A DNA stretch of 64,000 nucleotides, from positions 23,322 through 87,321 of the forward strand of contig JBBRRY010000012.1 in NCBI GenBank assembly GCA_038245905.1, written 5' to 3'. A program made the position numbers and the translations under genes. Origin of the DNA: Thermoanaerobaculia bacterium. GTDB taxonomy: Bacteria; Acidobacteriota; Thermoanaerobaculia; UBA5066. Below are positions 8,581-22,084 of this stretch, piece after piece (position 1 is the stretch's first letter; the number at the start of each line of letters is the position of its first letter). Below the pieces are notes generated by a model, which ran no database searches, was not told where the DNA came from, and was given only the letters and a program-made list of their open reading frames with translations.

Positions 8581-10716
8581 ATGAATCACGCCCCCTCGAG
8601 GTCCGTCGGGCTGTGCCTGTCTCTCGCCCTCTCGGCCCATGCCGCTCTCGCGGCGAGCGCGGCCACCCGAACCGCCTACCCGAAGGCCCCGCGCTCCGCG
8701 CAGGTGGACGACTACCACGGAACGAAGATCGCGGATCCGTTCCGCCCGCTGGAGGACGCCGATTCGCCCGAGACGCGAAAGTGGATCCGTGAAGAGAACG
8801 CGCTGACACGTTCCACCCTCGACGCGATTCCCGAGCGGCCCGCCCTCGAGCGGCGCCTCACGAGGCTCTGGAACTACGAGCGCTTCACGACGCCCGTCCG
8901 GAAAGGCGAGCGCCTCTTCTACTCCCGCAACGACGGCCTTCAGAGCCAGGCCGTGCTCTATGTCGTGGATGAGGACGGAGCCGCGCCCCGCGTCCTTGTC
9001 GATCCGAACACGCTTTCGAAGGACGGCACGGTCTCGCTCTCTGGCATCGCGATCTCCCATGACGGAAAAACCCTCGCGTACGGAGTGGCCTCTGGCGGGT
9101 CGGACTGGCAGGAGTGGCGCGTCCTCGACGTGGCGTCCTCACGCGACACCGGGGACGTGCTCAAGTGGATCAAATTCTCGGCGCCCGCATTCGCGAAAGA
9201 CGGCCGAGGGTTCTATTACGCCCGCTATGACGCGCCCGCTTCCGGCCGGGAGCTGGACGCCGTCGTGAAGAATCAGAGGGTCTTCTTTCACCGCCTCGGC
9301 ACGCCGCAGGCGTCCGACACGCTCGTCCACGCCCCCGAGGACCCGAATTTTCTCCACCAGGTGCGCGTCTCGGAGGACGGGCGCTGGCTCGTCCTGTCGA
9401 TCTCCCGCGGCTCGAGCGGGAAGAACCGCTTGTGGGTGAAGGACCTCTCCCGGGAAGGCGCGCCCTTCCTCAAGCTCTTCGACGATTTCTCGTCCCGATG
9501 GACCTGGGTCGACAGCGCGGGCACGACGGCCTTTCTACGCACGGACCGGGACGCCCCGCGCGGCCGCCTCGTGTCCGTGGACCTCGCGGCCCCCGCGCCG
9601 GTCCTCGTGGACGTCATCCGGGAGGGCGATGCCGTTCTCCAGTCCGTCCACGCGGTCGGGGACCGATTCGTCGTCGTCACGATGCGGGACGCCTCTGAGC
9701 GCGTTCGGATTCACGGGCGGGACGGCAAGCCTGGCAAGGAAGTCGTGCTGCCGGTCCTCGGCACCGTGAGCGGCTTTTCGGGACGCCGCGCCGACACGGA
9801 CACCTTCTTCACGTTCGCATCCTTCACGTACCCGGCAGCCGTCTACCGCCTCGACCTCGCGTCGGCGACGGCGACCGTCTTTCAGAAGCCGCGCGTGGAT
9901 TTCGATCCCGCCGCCTTCGAGACGAAACAGGTCTTCTACCCGAGCAAGGACGGAACGAAGGTGCCGATGTTCCTCGTCGCGAAGAAGCGCGTCACGTGGG
10001 ATGGTACGAACCCGGCCCTTCTCACCGCCTACGGCGGCTTCAACATTCCCGAGCTACCGTCCTTTTCCGTGAAATACCTGGCGTTCATGGAGAGAGGCGG
10101 CGTGTTCGCGCAGGCGTGCCTGCGCGGCGGATCGGAATATGGCGACGAGTGGCACAAGGGCGGGATGCTCGAGAAGAAGCAGAACGTCTTCGACGACTTC
10201 GCGGCCGCGGCCCGGTGGCTCATCGAGCACAAGGTCACGTCGGCAAGGAAGCTCGCGATCGCGGGCGGATCGAACGGGGGCCTCCTCGTGGGGGCCGTCC
10301 TGAACCAGCATCCCGAGCTCTTCGGCGCGGCGCTTCCTGCGGTCGGCGTCATGGACATGCTCCGCTTCCAGAAGTTCACGATCGGCTGGGCGTGGACGAG
10401 CGAGTACGGCTCGGCGGAAAACACGGAGCAGTTCAAGTTCCTCTATCCCTATTCCCCGCTCCACAACATCCGGAAGGGCTTCGCCTATCCCCCTGTCCTC
10501 GTCACGACCGGCGATCACGACGACCGCGTCGTGCCGGCGCATTCGTTCAAGTACGCGGCGGCGCTGCAGGAGGCGCAGGCCGGCGAGGCGCCGATACTGA
10601 TCCGCATCGAGACCCGCGCGGGCCACGGCGCGGGCAAACCCACGTCGAAGCTCATCGACGAGGCCACCGACCAGCTCGCGTTTCTCGCGAAAGTACTTGG
10701 AGGCCCGGCGCGATGA
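8581..10716 (+). CDS. Prolyl oligopeptidase (S9A), secreted
   Basis: Signal peptide; GGSNGG nucleophile, DHDDRV and AGHGAGKP. Confidence 0.93.
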   Translation: MNHAPSRSVGLCLSLALSAHAALAASAATRTAYPKAPRSAQVDDYHGTKIADPFRPLEDADSPETRKWIREENALTRSTLDAIPERPALERRLTRLWNYERFTTPVRKGERLFYSRNDGLQSQAVLYVVDEDGAAPRVLVDPNTLSKDGTVSLSGIAISHDGKTLAYGVASGGSDWQEWRVLDVASSRDTGDVLKWIKFSAPAFAKDGRGFYYARYDAPASGRELDAVVKNQRVFFHRLGTPQASDTLVHAPEDPNFLHQVRVSEDGRWLVLSISRGSSGKNRLWVKDLSREGAPFLKLFDDFSSRWTWVDSAGTTAFLRTDRDAPRGRLVSVDLAAPAPVLVDVIREGDAVLQSVHAVGDRFVVVTMRDASERVRIHGRDGKPGKEVVLPVLGTVSGFSGRRADTDTFFTFASFTYPAAVYRLDLASATATVFQKPRVDFDPAAFETKQVFYPSKDGTKVPMFLVAKKRVTWDGTNPALLTAYGGFNIPELPSFSVKYLAFMERGGVFAQACLRGGSEYGDEWHKGGMLEKKQNVFDDFAAAARWLIEHKVTSARKLAIAGGSNGGLLVGAVLNQHPELFGAALPAVGVMDMLRFQKFTIGWAWTSEYGSAENTEQFKFLYPYSPLHNIRKGFAYPPVLVTTGDHDDRVVPAHSFKYAAALQEAQAGEAPILIRIETRAGHGAGKPTSKLIDEATDQLAFLAKVLGGPAR

Positions 10717-11306
10717 AACGCGCCCTCGCAGCCGCCGCTCTCGCGATTCTGGCCGCCGGACTCTGCGGCTGCGCCTCGGCGCCGCCCCCTCCGCCACCGG
10801 CGCCGGAACCCGTTCCCGCCGCCGAGCAGGCCCCCGCGCCGGCCGTCGTCGAGCTCTCCTGGATCGTGACCAAGTCGGTCAACGTCCGGGAAAACCCGTC
10901 GACGAAAGCGGCTACCGTCGCAAAGCTCAACAAGGGCGCGCGGCTGACCTCGTTCGACGAGAAGGACGGCTGGCTGCGCGTGAAGCTTCCGGACACGAGG
11001 ATCGGGTGGATCCGAAAGGATCTCGTCCGAAAAGACGACGGCTGCCTCCCGGACCGCAAGGAGGTCCTGCTCGAGCCGCCGATGCTAAGGATGAGCGACG
11101 CACCCGGCGCGAAGGGCAAGGTCGTCGCCGAAGCCGACATCGACGAGAACGGAAACGTGAAGGCGGTCCGCGTCGTGACGAACGAGACAGGCTCGGCCGA
11201 GCGGGCCGAGGCCGTGAAGGCCGAGGTCCAGACAGTGAAGTTCCGGCCTCCCGTTCGTCACTGCAAGGTGTCGGGCTTCACATACGTATACGCCCGGACG
11301 TTCTAA
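10713..11306 (+). CDS. Lipoprotein with an SH3b domain and a TonB-C-like C-terminal domain
   Basis: Lipobox LCGC, Pro-rich linker, VNVRENPS...GWLRVK...GWI (SH3b), and GKVVAEADIDENGNV...KFRPP. Confidence 0.7.
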   Translation: MKRALAAAALAILAAGLCGCASAPPPPPPAPEPVPAAEQAPAPAVVELSWIVTKSVNVRENPSTKAATVAKLNKGARLTSFDEKDGWLRVKLPDTRIGWIRKDLVRKDDGCLPDRKEVLLEPPMLRMSDAPGAKGKVVAEADIDENGNVKAVRVVTNETGSAERAEAVKAEVQTVKFRPPVRHCKVSGFTYVYARTF

Positions 11307-11320
11307 CCAGGGCGCGCCGC

Positions 11321-11350
11321 AAATGAAACGGGCCCGCCGGGGCGGGCCCG
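11321..11350 (-). terminator. Rho-independent terminator downstream of the comEA-like and YidB genes
   Basis: Inverted repeat CGGGCCCGCC/GGCGGGCCCG followed by TTTCATTT on the minus strand. Confidence 0.6.
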
Positions 11351-11373
11351 CGGAGCTAGGGGATCCGGTGCGC

Positions 11374-11787
11374 TCAGGCCTTCTTGTTGAAGAACCCCAA
11401 GACCACGTCGAGGATGCCGCCGGAGGGAATCTGGCCCGTCGGCGTCGCCTTGTCGACCATTTGCGGCAGCATTTGCGCGATGAGCGCGGTCGCCTTGGCG
11501 GGATCGATCCCCGCCTTGGCCGCGAGCGCCTGAACCTGAGAGCTCCCGAGGACGGCCTGAATCTGGTCCGCCGAGATCGGGAGATTCTTACCGGTCGACA
11601 CCCAGGAGCTCACGAGGTTGCCGAGTCCCTTCTGGTTGAACATGTTCACGAGGCCCGTGAGCCCGCCCGACGTCCCGCTGCCCGACACCATGCCGAGAAG
11701 TTCGGTCGCGAGGCTGCGATGGGACGGGTCGACGGCGCCGCCGGAAGCACCGCCCATCTCCCTGAGAACGTCGTCGAGAAGGCCCAT
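11374..11787 (-). CDS. YidB/DUF937 family protein
   Basis: GGLTGLVNMFNQKGLGNLVSSWVSTGKNLPIS...LPQMVDKATPTG. Confidence 0.85.
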   Translation of the reverse strand: MGLLDDVLREMGGASGGAVDPSHRSLATELLGMVSGSGTSGGLTGLVNMFNQKGLGNLVSSWVSTGKNLPISADQIQAVLGSSQVQALAAKAGIDPAKATALIAQMLPQMVDKATPTGQIPSGGILDVVLGFFNKKA

Positions 11788-11798
11788 GGCGCTCTCCC

Positions 11799-12473
11799 TT
11801 ACCGGACCACGATGAAGTCTTTGATCTTCGCGAACGTCCCTTCCTTGATGCCCTTGACCTTCTCGATGTCCTCGGGCGCCGCGAAGCGGCCGTTCGCCTT
11901 GCGGTAGTCGACGATTGCCTGCGCCTTCACGGGGCCGATCTCGGGCAGCTTCTCGAGCTCCTCGGCGGACGCCGTGTTGATGTTGAACTTCGTCCCGGGC
12001 GCGAGCTTCTCGGAGGAAGAGGAAGAAGAGGATTTCTTAGAAGGTGAAGAGGGCTCGGAGGCCGCAGGCGTCTTGCGTGAAGCGGCGGCGCTTCCGCTCT
12101 TGCTCTTCGTGTCCTTCTTGTCGGCCGCGTCGTCCTTGGCCGCGACGCCTTCCGTCAGCTTGAGGACCTTCTTGAGGGCATCGAGCTTCTTGCCTTCGCC
12201 GACACCCTTGACCTTCGAGACCTCCGCCCACGTCTTGTAGGGACGGTTCTTGACGAGCTCTTTCGCGAGCTTCGCGCCGACGCCCTTGGCGCCCGCGATC
12301 GTCTTCTCGTCGGCCGTGTTCAGGTTGACCTTCTCGGACTTGTCCGCCTTCGTGTCCGCCGCTTCGGCGGCCGGGGTCGGAGTCTTCTTCTTCGCGGCAA
12401 GGGCTGTCGGAGAGACGATCAGGCCGGTAGCGATCGCGCCAGCGACAAGGGCGTTCCAAAGTGCTTTCTTCAT
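11799..12473 (-). CDS. comEA: ComEA-like secreted DNA-binding protein with two helix-hairpin-helix domains
   Basis: Signal peptide; VNLNTAD...KGVG and [28 protein letters not shown]...VKGI. Confidence 0.75.
   Translation of the reverse strand: MKKALWNALVAGAIATGLIVSPTALAAKKKTPTPAAEAADTKADKSEKVNLNTADEKTIAGAKGVGAKLAKELVKNRPYKTWAEVSKVKGVGEGKKLDALKKVLKLTEGVAAKDDAADKKDTKSKSGSAAASRKTPAASEPSSPSKKSSSSSSSEKLAPGTKFNINTASAEELEKLPEIGPVKAQAIVDYRKANGRFAAPEDIEKVKGIKEGTFAKIKDFIVVR
12028..12053 (+). repeat. Dispersed ~27-bp motif, copy inside the comEA-like gene
   Basis: GAGGATTTCTTAGAAGGTGAAGAGGG preceded by a purine tract. Confidence 0.7.
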
Positions 12474-12578
12474 TCGCAGAATCTCCTTCTTTCGTTCCTC
12501 GGGGTCACACGCGACTCTATAGCGGACGTTCCGCCGTTGCCAGCCGCTTCCGCAGCGCATCCCGTAAACTCGCGCCCG

Positions 12579-15800
<3,222 letters not shown>

Positions 15801-17751
15801 CTCCGTCGCGCCGTGGGGCCCTCGCCTTCGGCGCGACGATCGGCCTGACAGCCTTCGCCTTCGGAAGCTTTCCGGCCTCCACCGCGCGCGCAACACTCGC
15901 GATCACGCTTGCCCTCGCGATCGCCGGCGCCGCGGCCGGACTCCTTCGCCCAAACGTCGCCGCGTGCGCCCTCGCCTTTCTCGTACCGCTCGCGCCGGGC
16001 CTCGCCCGCCTGCTCGGCGACCGCTCCGGCGCTCCCGTTCTCACCGCTCTCGCCCTCGCGGTTCTCGGGAGCACGCTCGCGGGGTCGTGGGCGCGCGGCG
16101 AACGCTCCCTTCTCCCGCCGCGCCTCCGGCGATTCGCCGGCGCCTTTCTCGTCCTCGCCGCCGGATCCGCGGCCGCTTCGGTTGCGCGTGGGGAGACGCT
16201 CTATCTGCTTCTGCGCGGGAGGGTCGACCCTCTTCCCCTGAACGTCCTCGGCATGACCGCGGCCGAGCGAAGCCGCGACGCGATCCTGACCTTCCTCGGG
16301 CTCGTTCTCCTGCTCCTCGCGCTCGAGGTGTTCTCGCGCCTCTCGCTGACGCCCGAGGGGCGCGACCGGCTCCTGTTCGCGACAGCGGCCGGCGCCGCGG
16401 TGGCCTTCGTCATCGCCGCGGCCGCCCGTTTCCGGCCCTTCGATCCCTCCTTTCATCCCTGGGCCGAGATGCATCGCCGCGCGGGAACGTTCACCGACCC
16501 GAATGCCCTCGGCGTCGGCGTCGGCTTGCTCGTGCCGCTCCTCTTCGCGGCCCTTTCAAGGCGCGGCACCGCCACCGACGCGCCCCGGCAGGGCCTGGCC
16601 CTCCTCGCGCTCGCCGCGGCGCCCGTGGCTCTCGAATCGTCTGGTTCGCGCACGGGCCTCCTCCTCACCGCGGTCGCCGTCGTCGCGGGAGCCGTCGGAC
16701 TCACAAGGGCGCGCGTCGTCTCCAAAAAAGCGCTCTTCGCCGCCTTCGCGGCTGCAGTTGCCCTCGGCGCCGCCATCGTCCCCGCTCTGCCGCGCGGCGG
16801 AGGCATCGCGTCGGGCGGCCTTTTCCAGCGCCTCGGGGCCGGCCTGTCCTCGTCGAGCTTCGCCGACCTCGCGAACCATCGAACGCTATTCTGGCGGACG
16901 GCGCTCGAGATGACGTGGGACGAACCACTCTCGGGAATCGGGCTCGCCGGCTTTCCGTACGAGTTTCCGGGCGCCTACGCGCGCCGCCATGGCGCCATCG
17001 GAGTGACGGACGGCGCCACGAACGCCTTCCTCGAAATTGCTGCCGAGTGCGGCCTGCCTGGGCTCGCCCTTGCGATCCTCGCCGTCGTTCCGCTCCTCGC
17101 CCGTGCGTGGAACGCGACCTTCGCGAAGGCGCAGCTCGACGGGGCCGCACGAGCCGCGGGCGCGGCGCTCCTCGGGCTCTTCGTGGCCTGCCAAACGGGC
17201 TCGCATTTGCGCTTTCCCGAGATCGGCCTCCTCGCGGGCCTCGTCGCCGGTCTCCTCTTCGTGCCCCGCCTCGAAGCGCGGGCCCTGCCCACCGAGAAAT
17301 CGCCGGCAGATCGCCCGCACGTTCCCGCACTGCTCGCGGCGGCGGGAATCCTCGGCGCCCTCGCGGCGGCGCTGCCCACCGCGGCCGCCACGGCGCCGTT
17401 CCGGCTCGGACGCTGGATCGGCCTGTACGCCGCGGCTCCGTCGCCCAATCCGTTCCGCTGGAGCGGCCCGCGCGCTTGCCGCAGAATTCAACCGGGAGAG
17501 ACCTCCGTGTCGTTCCGGGTCGAAAACGCCCGGCCGGATGGACTTCCCGTGACGCTCGCAATCGACCTGGACGGCCGCCTCGAATCCGGGTTCGAGCTTC
17601 CGGGCGCATCCTCTCGCGATCTCACCGTGGCGGTGCCCCCGGGGGCCGAGGTGCTCCGCGTGAGCGGACGCCCCGTGTTCGTCCCGCACGACCTGACGGG
17701 CAGCGCCGACTTTCGAAGGCTTTCCTTCCGGCTCGCTCCCGGGGATGCCCC

Positions 17752-19761
17752 GTGAGCCGCGCTTCTTCCGCGCTGCTTTCTTGCCTCGCGTGGGCGGTCC
17801 TCCTCGCGTTCGCGCTGCCGCTTCTCCTGCCTCCCTCCCTGGCCGCCTATCGAACCGCCGTCGCCCTCGTGGCGATCCTCCTCTTCGGCGCGGCTCTCGC
17901 CGCGCCCCGGCCCGCGTTCGTCCTCGCGCTCTCGCTCGCAACACTCGGCGGCGTCTCGGCGCTCGCGTTCGGAGCGCCCGAGCCGCTGGCCGCGACCTCG
18001 CTCGTCCTCCTCGGATACTTCGCCGGCGCGAGCCTCAAGGACCTCTACGATGTCGACCCGCCGAGCCGGCGCCCGCCGCTTCTCGCTCCGCTGCGCGCCT
18101 TCGCCGCAGTCTCCGCGGTCTCCGGCGCTGCCGCGTTCGTGGGGCTCCGAACGAGCTATATGCTCGACCGCGGCCTCGGCCCGCCGTACGCGGTCAACAT
18201 TCTCGGCGAGGATGCGAGCCGCGTCCTGCCTGGAATCCTGGGCGTCCTGCTCCCCTTGTTCGTGGCGGCCGGCGTGCACCGGATCGCGGCGCGCTTCGTG
18301 GCCGAGGGCCGGACGGCCGTCCTCGACCGCGCCCTCCTCGCGAGCGCGCTCCTCGCCGGCGCCGTCGGCCTTCTCCAGAAGACCGGGGCCATCCCGCTCC
18401 TCCGCGCCGAGCGGTGGGCGGAATGGCATCGAGCTCAGAGCACGTTCACCGATCCTTCGGCCGCGGGCGTCGCCGTCGCGCTGCTCGCGATTCCGGTGCT
18501 CGCCCTCGCCGCCACGGGAAGCGTGGCCCGCCGGCTCCTCGCCGTGGCTGCCGGTGCCGCCCTCCTCGTCGTCCTCGCGGACGCGGGCTCGCGCGCGGGA
18601 CTCGTCGGCACCGTCACGGCCGCCCTCGTCTTCGTGCTCTGGGGGCTCACGCGCCTCGCGGCCGGCGGGGGAGGCGAGGCCCGGCGACGCGTCGCCGGAA
18701 CGATCGGCGCCCTCGCGATCCTCTCGGCACTTCTCTTCGCGGGGGCGCTTTCGTGGCCGAACCGGGGAGCCGTGAGGTCGGCCCTCCTCGCGCGATTCGA
18801 AGCGCCGTTTCTCACGCAGCCGACACCATTCGAGGAGACCCGGGGCCGTCTCCTCCTCTACGAGGGAGCCTGGGAGGCATTCCGCACGCACCCCGTCGCA
18901 GGTCTCGGTCTCGGTTCGTTCCACATGGTTTTTCCCGATCTCGCCTCGAAGGTGCTCGGCCGCCCCGTCCGCACGACCGACCACCCGCCGTCCCTCTACC
19001 TCGGCACGCTCGCGGAGTCGGGACTCGCAGGCGCGTCCCTCCTCCTCCTTCTACTCCTCGGCGTGGTCCGCGCGGCGGGTCGCGCGTTGACGCTCGAGGG
19101 CGACGCCCACGACGACGAAACCGTGGCCCGCGCCGCAGCCGCCGCGTCGATCATCGGACTCCTCGTCGTATTCCTGTTCGGCTCGCACCTCGTCTACACC
19201 GAGATCGCCGCTCTCGTCGGCATCCTGACGGCGCGGCTGCCGCTCCGCGAGGACGGCCGCACCGGACGATTTCTCGCCGCCGTCGTGCCCGTCGTGCTCG
19301 CCGGCGCCCTGGTCTGCGCGCTCGGAGGCGTCGCCGCGCAGGCCTGGGAGACCCGCACGGCCGAGGCCGCCTTCCGGTACGCGGCGAGCGCCGGCGTCTA
19401 CGCCGTCGAGTACGAGCCGGAAGGGCGGCCCTTCCGGTGGACCGGTGCGTCCGCGGCCTGGCCCGTCTCCGTGCCCCCTCGCGCTCCGGGACACCCACCC
19501 TTCGTACTCGCTCTTTCGGTGCGCAACAGCCGGCCCGACGGGCGCCCCGCCGCCGCCGACATCTTCTGGGACGACACGCTGCGAGGCCGCGTCACGCTGC
19601 CGCCGGGCGAATGGAAGTGGATCGAGCTCACCGTTTCGCCGCAGGAAAGCGCCATCTTGAGGATCCGTATCGTCCAACCGTTCCAGCCAACCTCGGGGAA
19701 CGACCCGCGTCTCCTTGGAATCCAGATCGGGGCGGATCCCGCGCTGATGCCGCCATCCTGA
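17752..19761 (+). CDS. O-antigen ligase/Wzy_C-like membrane protein, paralog 2
   Basis: RAQSTFTDPSAAG, AGSRAG, HPVAGLGLGSF and DHPPSLYLGTLAESG; GTGA overlap. Confidence 0.75.
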   Translation: MSRASSALLSCLAWAVLLAFALPLLLPPSLAAYRTAVALVAILLFGAALAAPRPAFVLALSLATLGGVSALAFGAPEPLAATSLVLLGYFAGASLKDLYDVDPPSRRPPLLAPLRAFAAVSAVSGAAAFVGLRTSYMLDRGLGPPYAVNILGEDASRVLPGILGVLLPLFVAAGVHRIAARFVAEGRTAVLDRALLASALLAGAVGLLQKTGAIPLLRAERWAEWHRAQSTFTDPSAAGVAVALLAIPVLALAATGSVARRLLAVAAGAALLVVLADAGSRAGLVGTVTAALVFVLWGLTRLAAGGGGEARRRVAGTIGALAILSALLFAGALSWPNRGAVRSALLARFEAPFLTQPTPFEETRGRLLLYEGAWEAFRTHPVAGLGLGSFHMVFPDLASKVLGRPVRTTDHPPSLYLGTLAESGLAGASLLLLLLLGVVRAAGRALTLEGDAHDDETVARAAAAASIIGLLVVFLFGSHLVYTEIAALVGILTARLPLREDGRTGRFLAAVVPVVLAGALVCALGGVAAQAWETRTAEAAFRYAASAGVYAVEYEPEGRPFRWTGASAAWPVSVPPRAPGHPPFVLALSVRNSRPDGRPAAADIFWDDTLRGRVTLPPGEWKWIELTVSPQESAILRIRIVQPFQPTSGNDPRLLGIQIGADPALMPPS

Positions 19762-20750
19762 TGAGTCTCTTGCGCGTGCACCCGGCCGATCCGGGACGCA
19801 AGAGCAGCTCACTCGAGATCGGCCCGCGCGGCGGCGCCGCCCTCGCGGGTCTCCTCCTCGGATGCGGAGCCTTGATCGTCCTCGGCCTCGCGGGCGCTCC
19901 GAGCGTCGTGTCGGACGCCGTGCACGCCGCCGACCGGCGCGCGATCGAGGAGACCGCCCAGCGCGGCGCCGAATCCTTCGCGTCGGTCGGACGGCGGGCC
20001 CTTGCGCTTGGCAATCGGCTCGCCGCGGACGAGCTCTTTCTCGCCCGCGTCGGCGCCATCCTCGAGATCCCGCCGCCCGAGCACTTTCCCGGCGACCCGC
20101 GGGCGGCCGCGCCGCCGACCCCGGCGGCGATGGAAGCGGAGGCCGCGGATCTCGCTCGCCGCGCCCGTCTCTTCGAGCTCTTCCGGCGGAGGCTCGCCGC
20201 GCTGCCGGCCGCTCTGCCGGCCGGGTTCGACCCTGTCTTCGTGCCGTCCCGGTCGCCCGTCGAGCCTTCGTCATCAGTTCCGATCGAACTCTTCGGCTGG
20301 CACGCCTCCGAGGTCACGCGCCGCGACGAATTCTGCTCGGGGCTCACGCTCGCCGCCCCCGCTGGAACGCTCGTGACGGCGCCGGCGGCAGGAGTCGTCG
20401 TGTTCTCGGGCCCCGTGTCCCGCCGCGCGGACGCCGCCTGGCGGCGCCTCGGGACGATCGTCGTCGTGTCCCACGACGCCCGCACGCGCACCGTCTACGG
20501 CCATCTCTCTCCGGCTCTCGTGAAGAAGGGCCAGCGTTTGTCCCGTGGCGCTCCGATCGGCCGCGTCGGCACGAGCGGCTTTGCCGCGACCCCCCGCCTT
20601 CACTACGAAGTGCACCGGCTCGTGAACGACCGCTGGGTCCCCCGCGATCCCCGGATCTTCGTGCTCGACGTGGACTGGATCGGGGCGGCCGGATTCCGGG
20701 CCGGCCCGACGCCTCCGGAGCTTCCGGACCTGCCCACCGAACGCCGCTGA
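19761..20750 (+). CDS. M23/LytM-domain protein, probably catalytically degenerate
   Basis: N-terminal TM and helical region; VTAPAAGVV, VYGHLS and GTSGFAATPRLHYEV. Confidence 0.8.
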   Translation: MSLLRVHPADPGRKSSSLEIGPRGGAALAGLLLGCGALIVLGLAGAPSVVSDAVHAADRRAIEETAQRGAESFASVGRRALALGNRLAADELFLARVGAILEIPPPEHFPGDPRAAAPPTPAAMEAEAADLARRARLFELFRRRLAALPAALPAGFDPVFVPSRSPVEPSSSVPIELFGWHASEVTRRDEFCSGLTLAAPAGTLVTAPAAGVVVFSGPVSRRADAAWRRLGTIVVVSHDARTRTVYGHLSPALVKKGQRLSRGAPIGRVGTSGFAATPRLHYEVHRLVNDRWVPRDPRIFVLDVDWIGAAGFRAGPTPPELPDLPTERR

Positions 20751-20751
20751 C

Positions 20752-22032
20752 TCAGGTCGTCGACGGCGGCAAGCTCGTGACCTGCGGCGGCGTCCAATGT
20801 TGGATCAACGTGACGACAGCACCCGCCGCGAAGGCGATGAGCAACGGATCGGTAAAGGGTATCCGGAACCGCATTACGACTTGATAAGGCACGTGCGCCA
20901 GCCAGACACCCGCGAAAAGCGCGATGACCCAACCGGTAACGAACGGATCCCGTTTTCGATTGAGCGCGAGACCGATCGATCCGAGGCCGAAAAGCGCCAG
21001 GTTCAGGATCCCACTCAGCGCAACGACCCCGGCCGGGTATTCCTGCGGATTGAGTCACGGGGACCAGAACCTGCCTGACCTCCTCACAGCGAAAGCAAAG
21101 GCCGCGCGTGGATTCCGCCTTACGTTCTCGAGGCCCGCTGCAAACCAGGCCCGGCTTCTCTCCCGCGGTCCACTGGCGACGGCCTCGATCTTCCGGGCGG
21201 CAGCCGCTGTCACGTTCGTCTCGAACGCCAGCGCCGCGTCTCGGTACTCGGCAGGATCCTTTATCTGCGAGATCCGATCCATCTCCGGGTGAGAACCCCG
21301 CCAGAAGTTGATCCCGGCGGCGTCATTCACGACGATCAACTCACGGTATCGAATCGCGTTACGCAGAACCCAGGGCAGTAACGTCGCAACCGCTCCGGCG
21401 ACCATGGCAAACGCCAGAAACCATCGGCGCCTTCGCGGTCCACCCATAAACGGGAGCGCCATCGTCGCAATCATCAGTGCAACCAGCCCCGCTGGGCGTG
21501 CGAGGGCGCTCAGCCCAAACCCGACGCCAGCGAGCAACGACCGCGCTCCGCGACCGGTACGCACTGTTCCAAGAAAGAGCCAGACCCCACACGTCAGGAA
21601 AAGCATCGAGAGCGGCTCTGTCCTGACGTCACAGACACCCGCGATGAAGAACGGATTAACAGCCGCCAGGAGTGCGGCGAATACCGCCGTTCTCTGCGAC
21701 GCAAATAGCAGCCACGCGATCTCTCCAACCAGTAGCGCCGTGATCGAGTCGCACAACGCAAGCGCCACCTTTACTGTCGCGGTACTTTCGGGATGGCAGA
21801 GCGTAGACGCCGCAATGAAGAATGGGAGGAGGGGGGCCCGGAAGAACGGAAGGTTCCCACGATCCGGATAAGCCCGTTCCTCGCAGATGCAACGGGCCGT
21901 CTCCAAATAGTCTCGTGCATCGCCAAACCTAACGACATTGGGGCCAGTCCAGCAGATGGCCGCCAGCCTCAGGGCGAAGGCGACCGCGAGAATCGCCCAC
22001 CGACGGCGAGAATCAGGGCCGGGCCGGGTCAC
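20752..22032 (-). pseudogene. GT-C (ArnT/PMT-like) glycosyltransferase interrupted by an in-frame TGA at 21055-21057
   Basis: FGDARDY, FRAPLLP, RTEPL and LARP; the frame continues past FWSP*LNPQEY for about 100 codons of TM helices (MRFRIP) to a stop at 20752. Confidence 0.75.
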
Positions 22033-22084
22033 CGGCGTCCCATGGAAGTCGGACGCATTTTCTTCGAACGAGAATAGCAGCGGC

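Noticed and set aside
21055-21057. Selenocysteine or alternative genetic code at the internal TGA
   Set aside because: The context fits Trp in a membrane glycosyltransferase rather than a redox Cys site, I saw no convincing SECIS, and TGA terminates many genes in this window.
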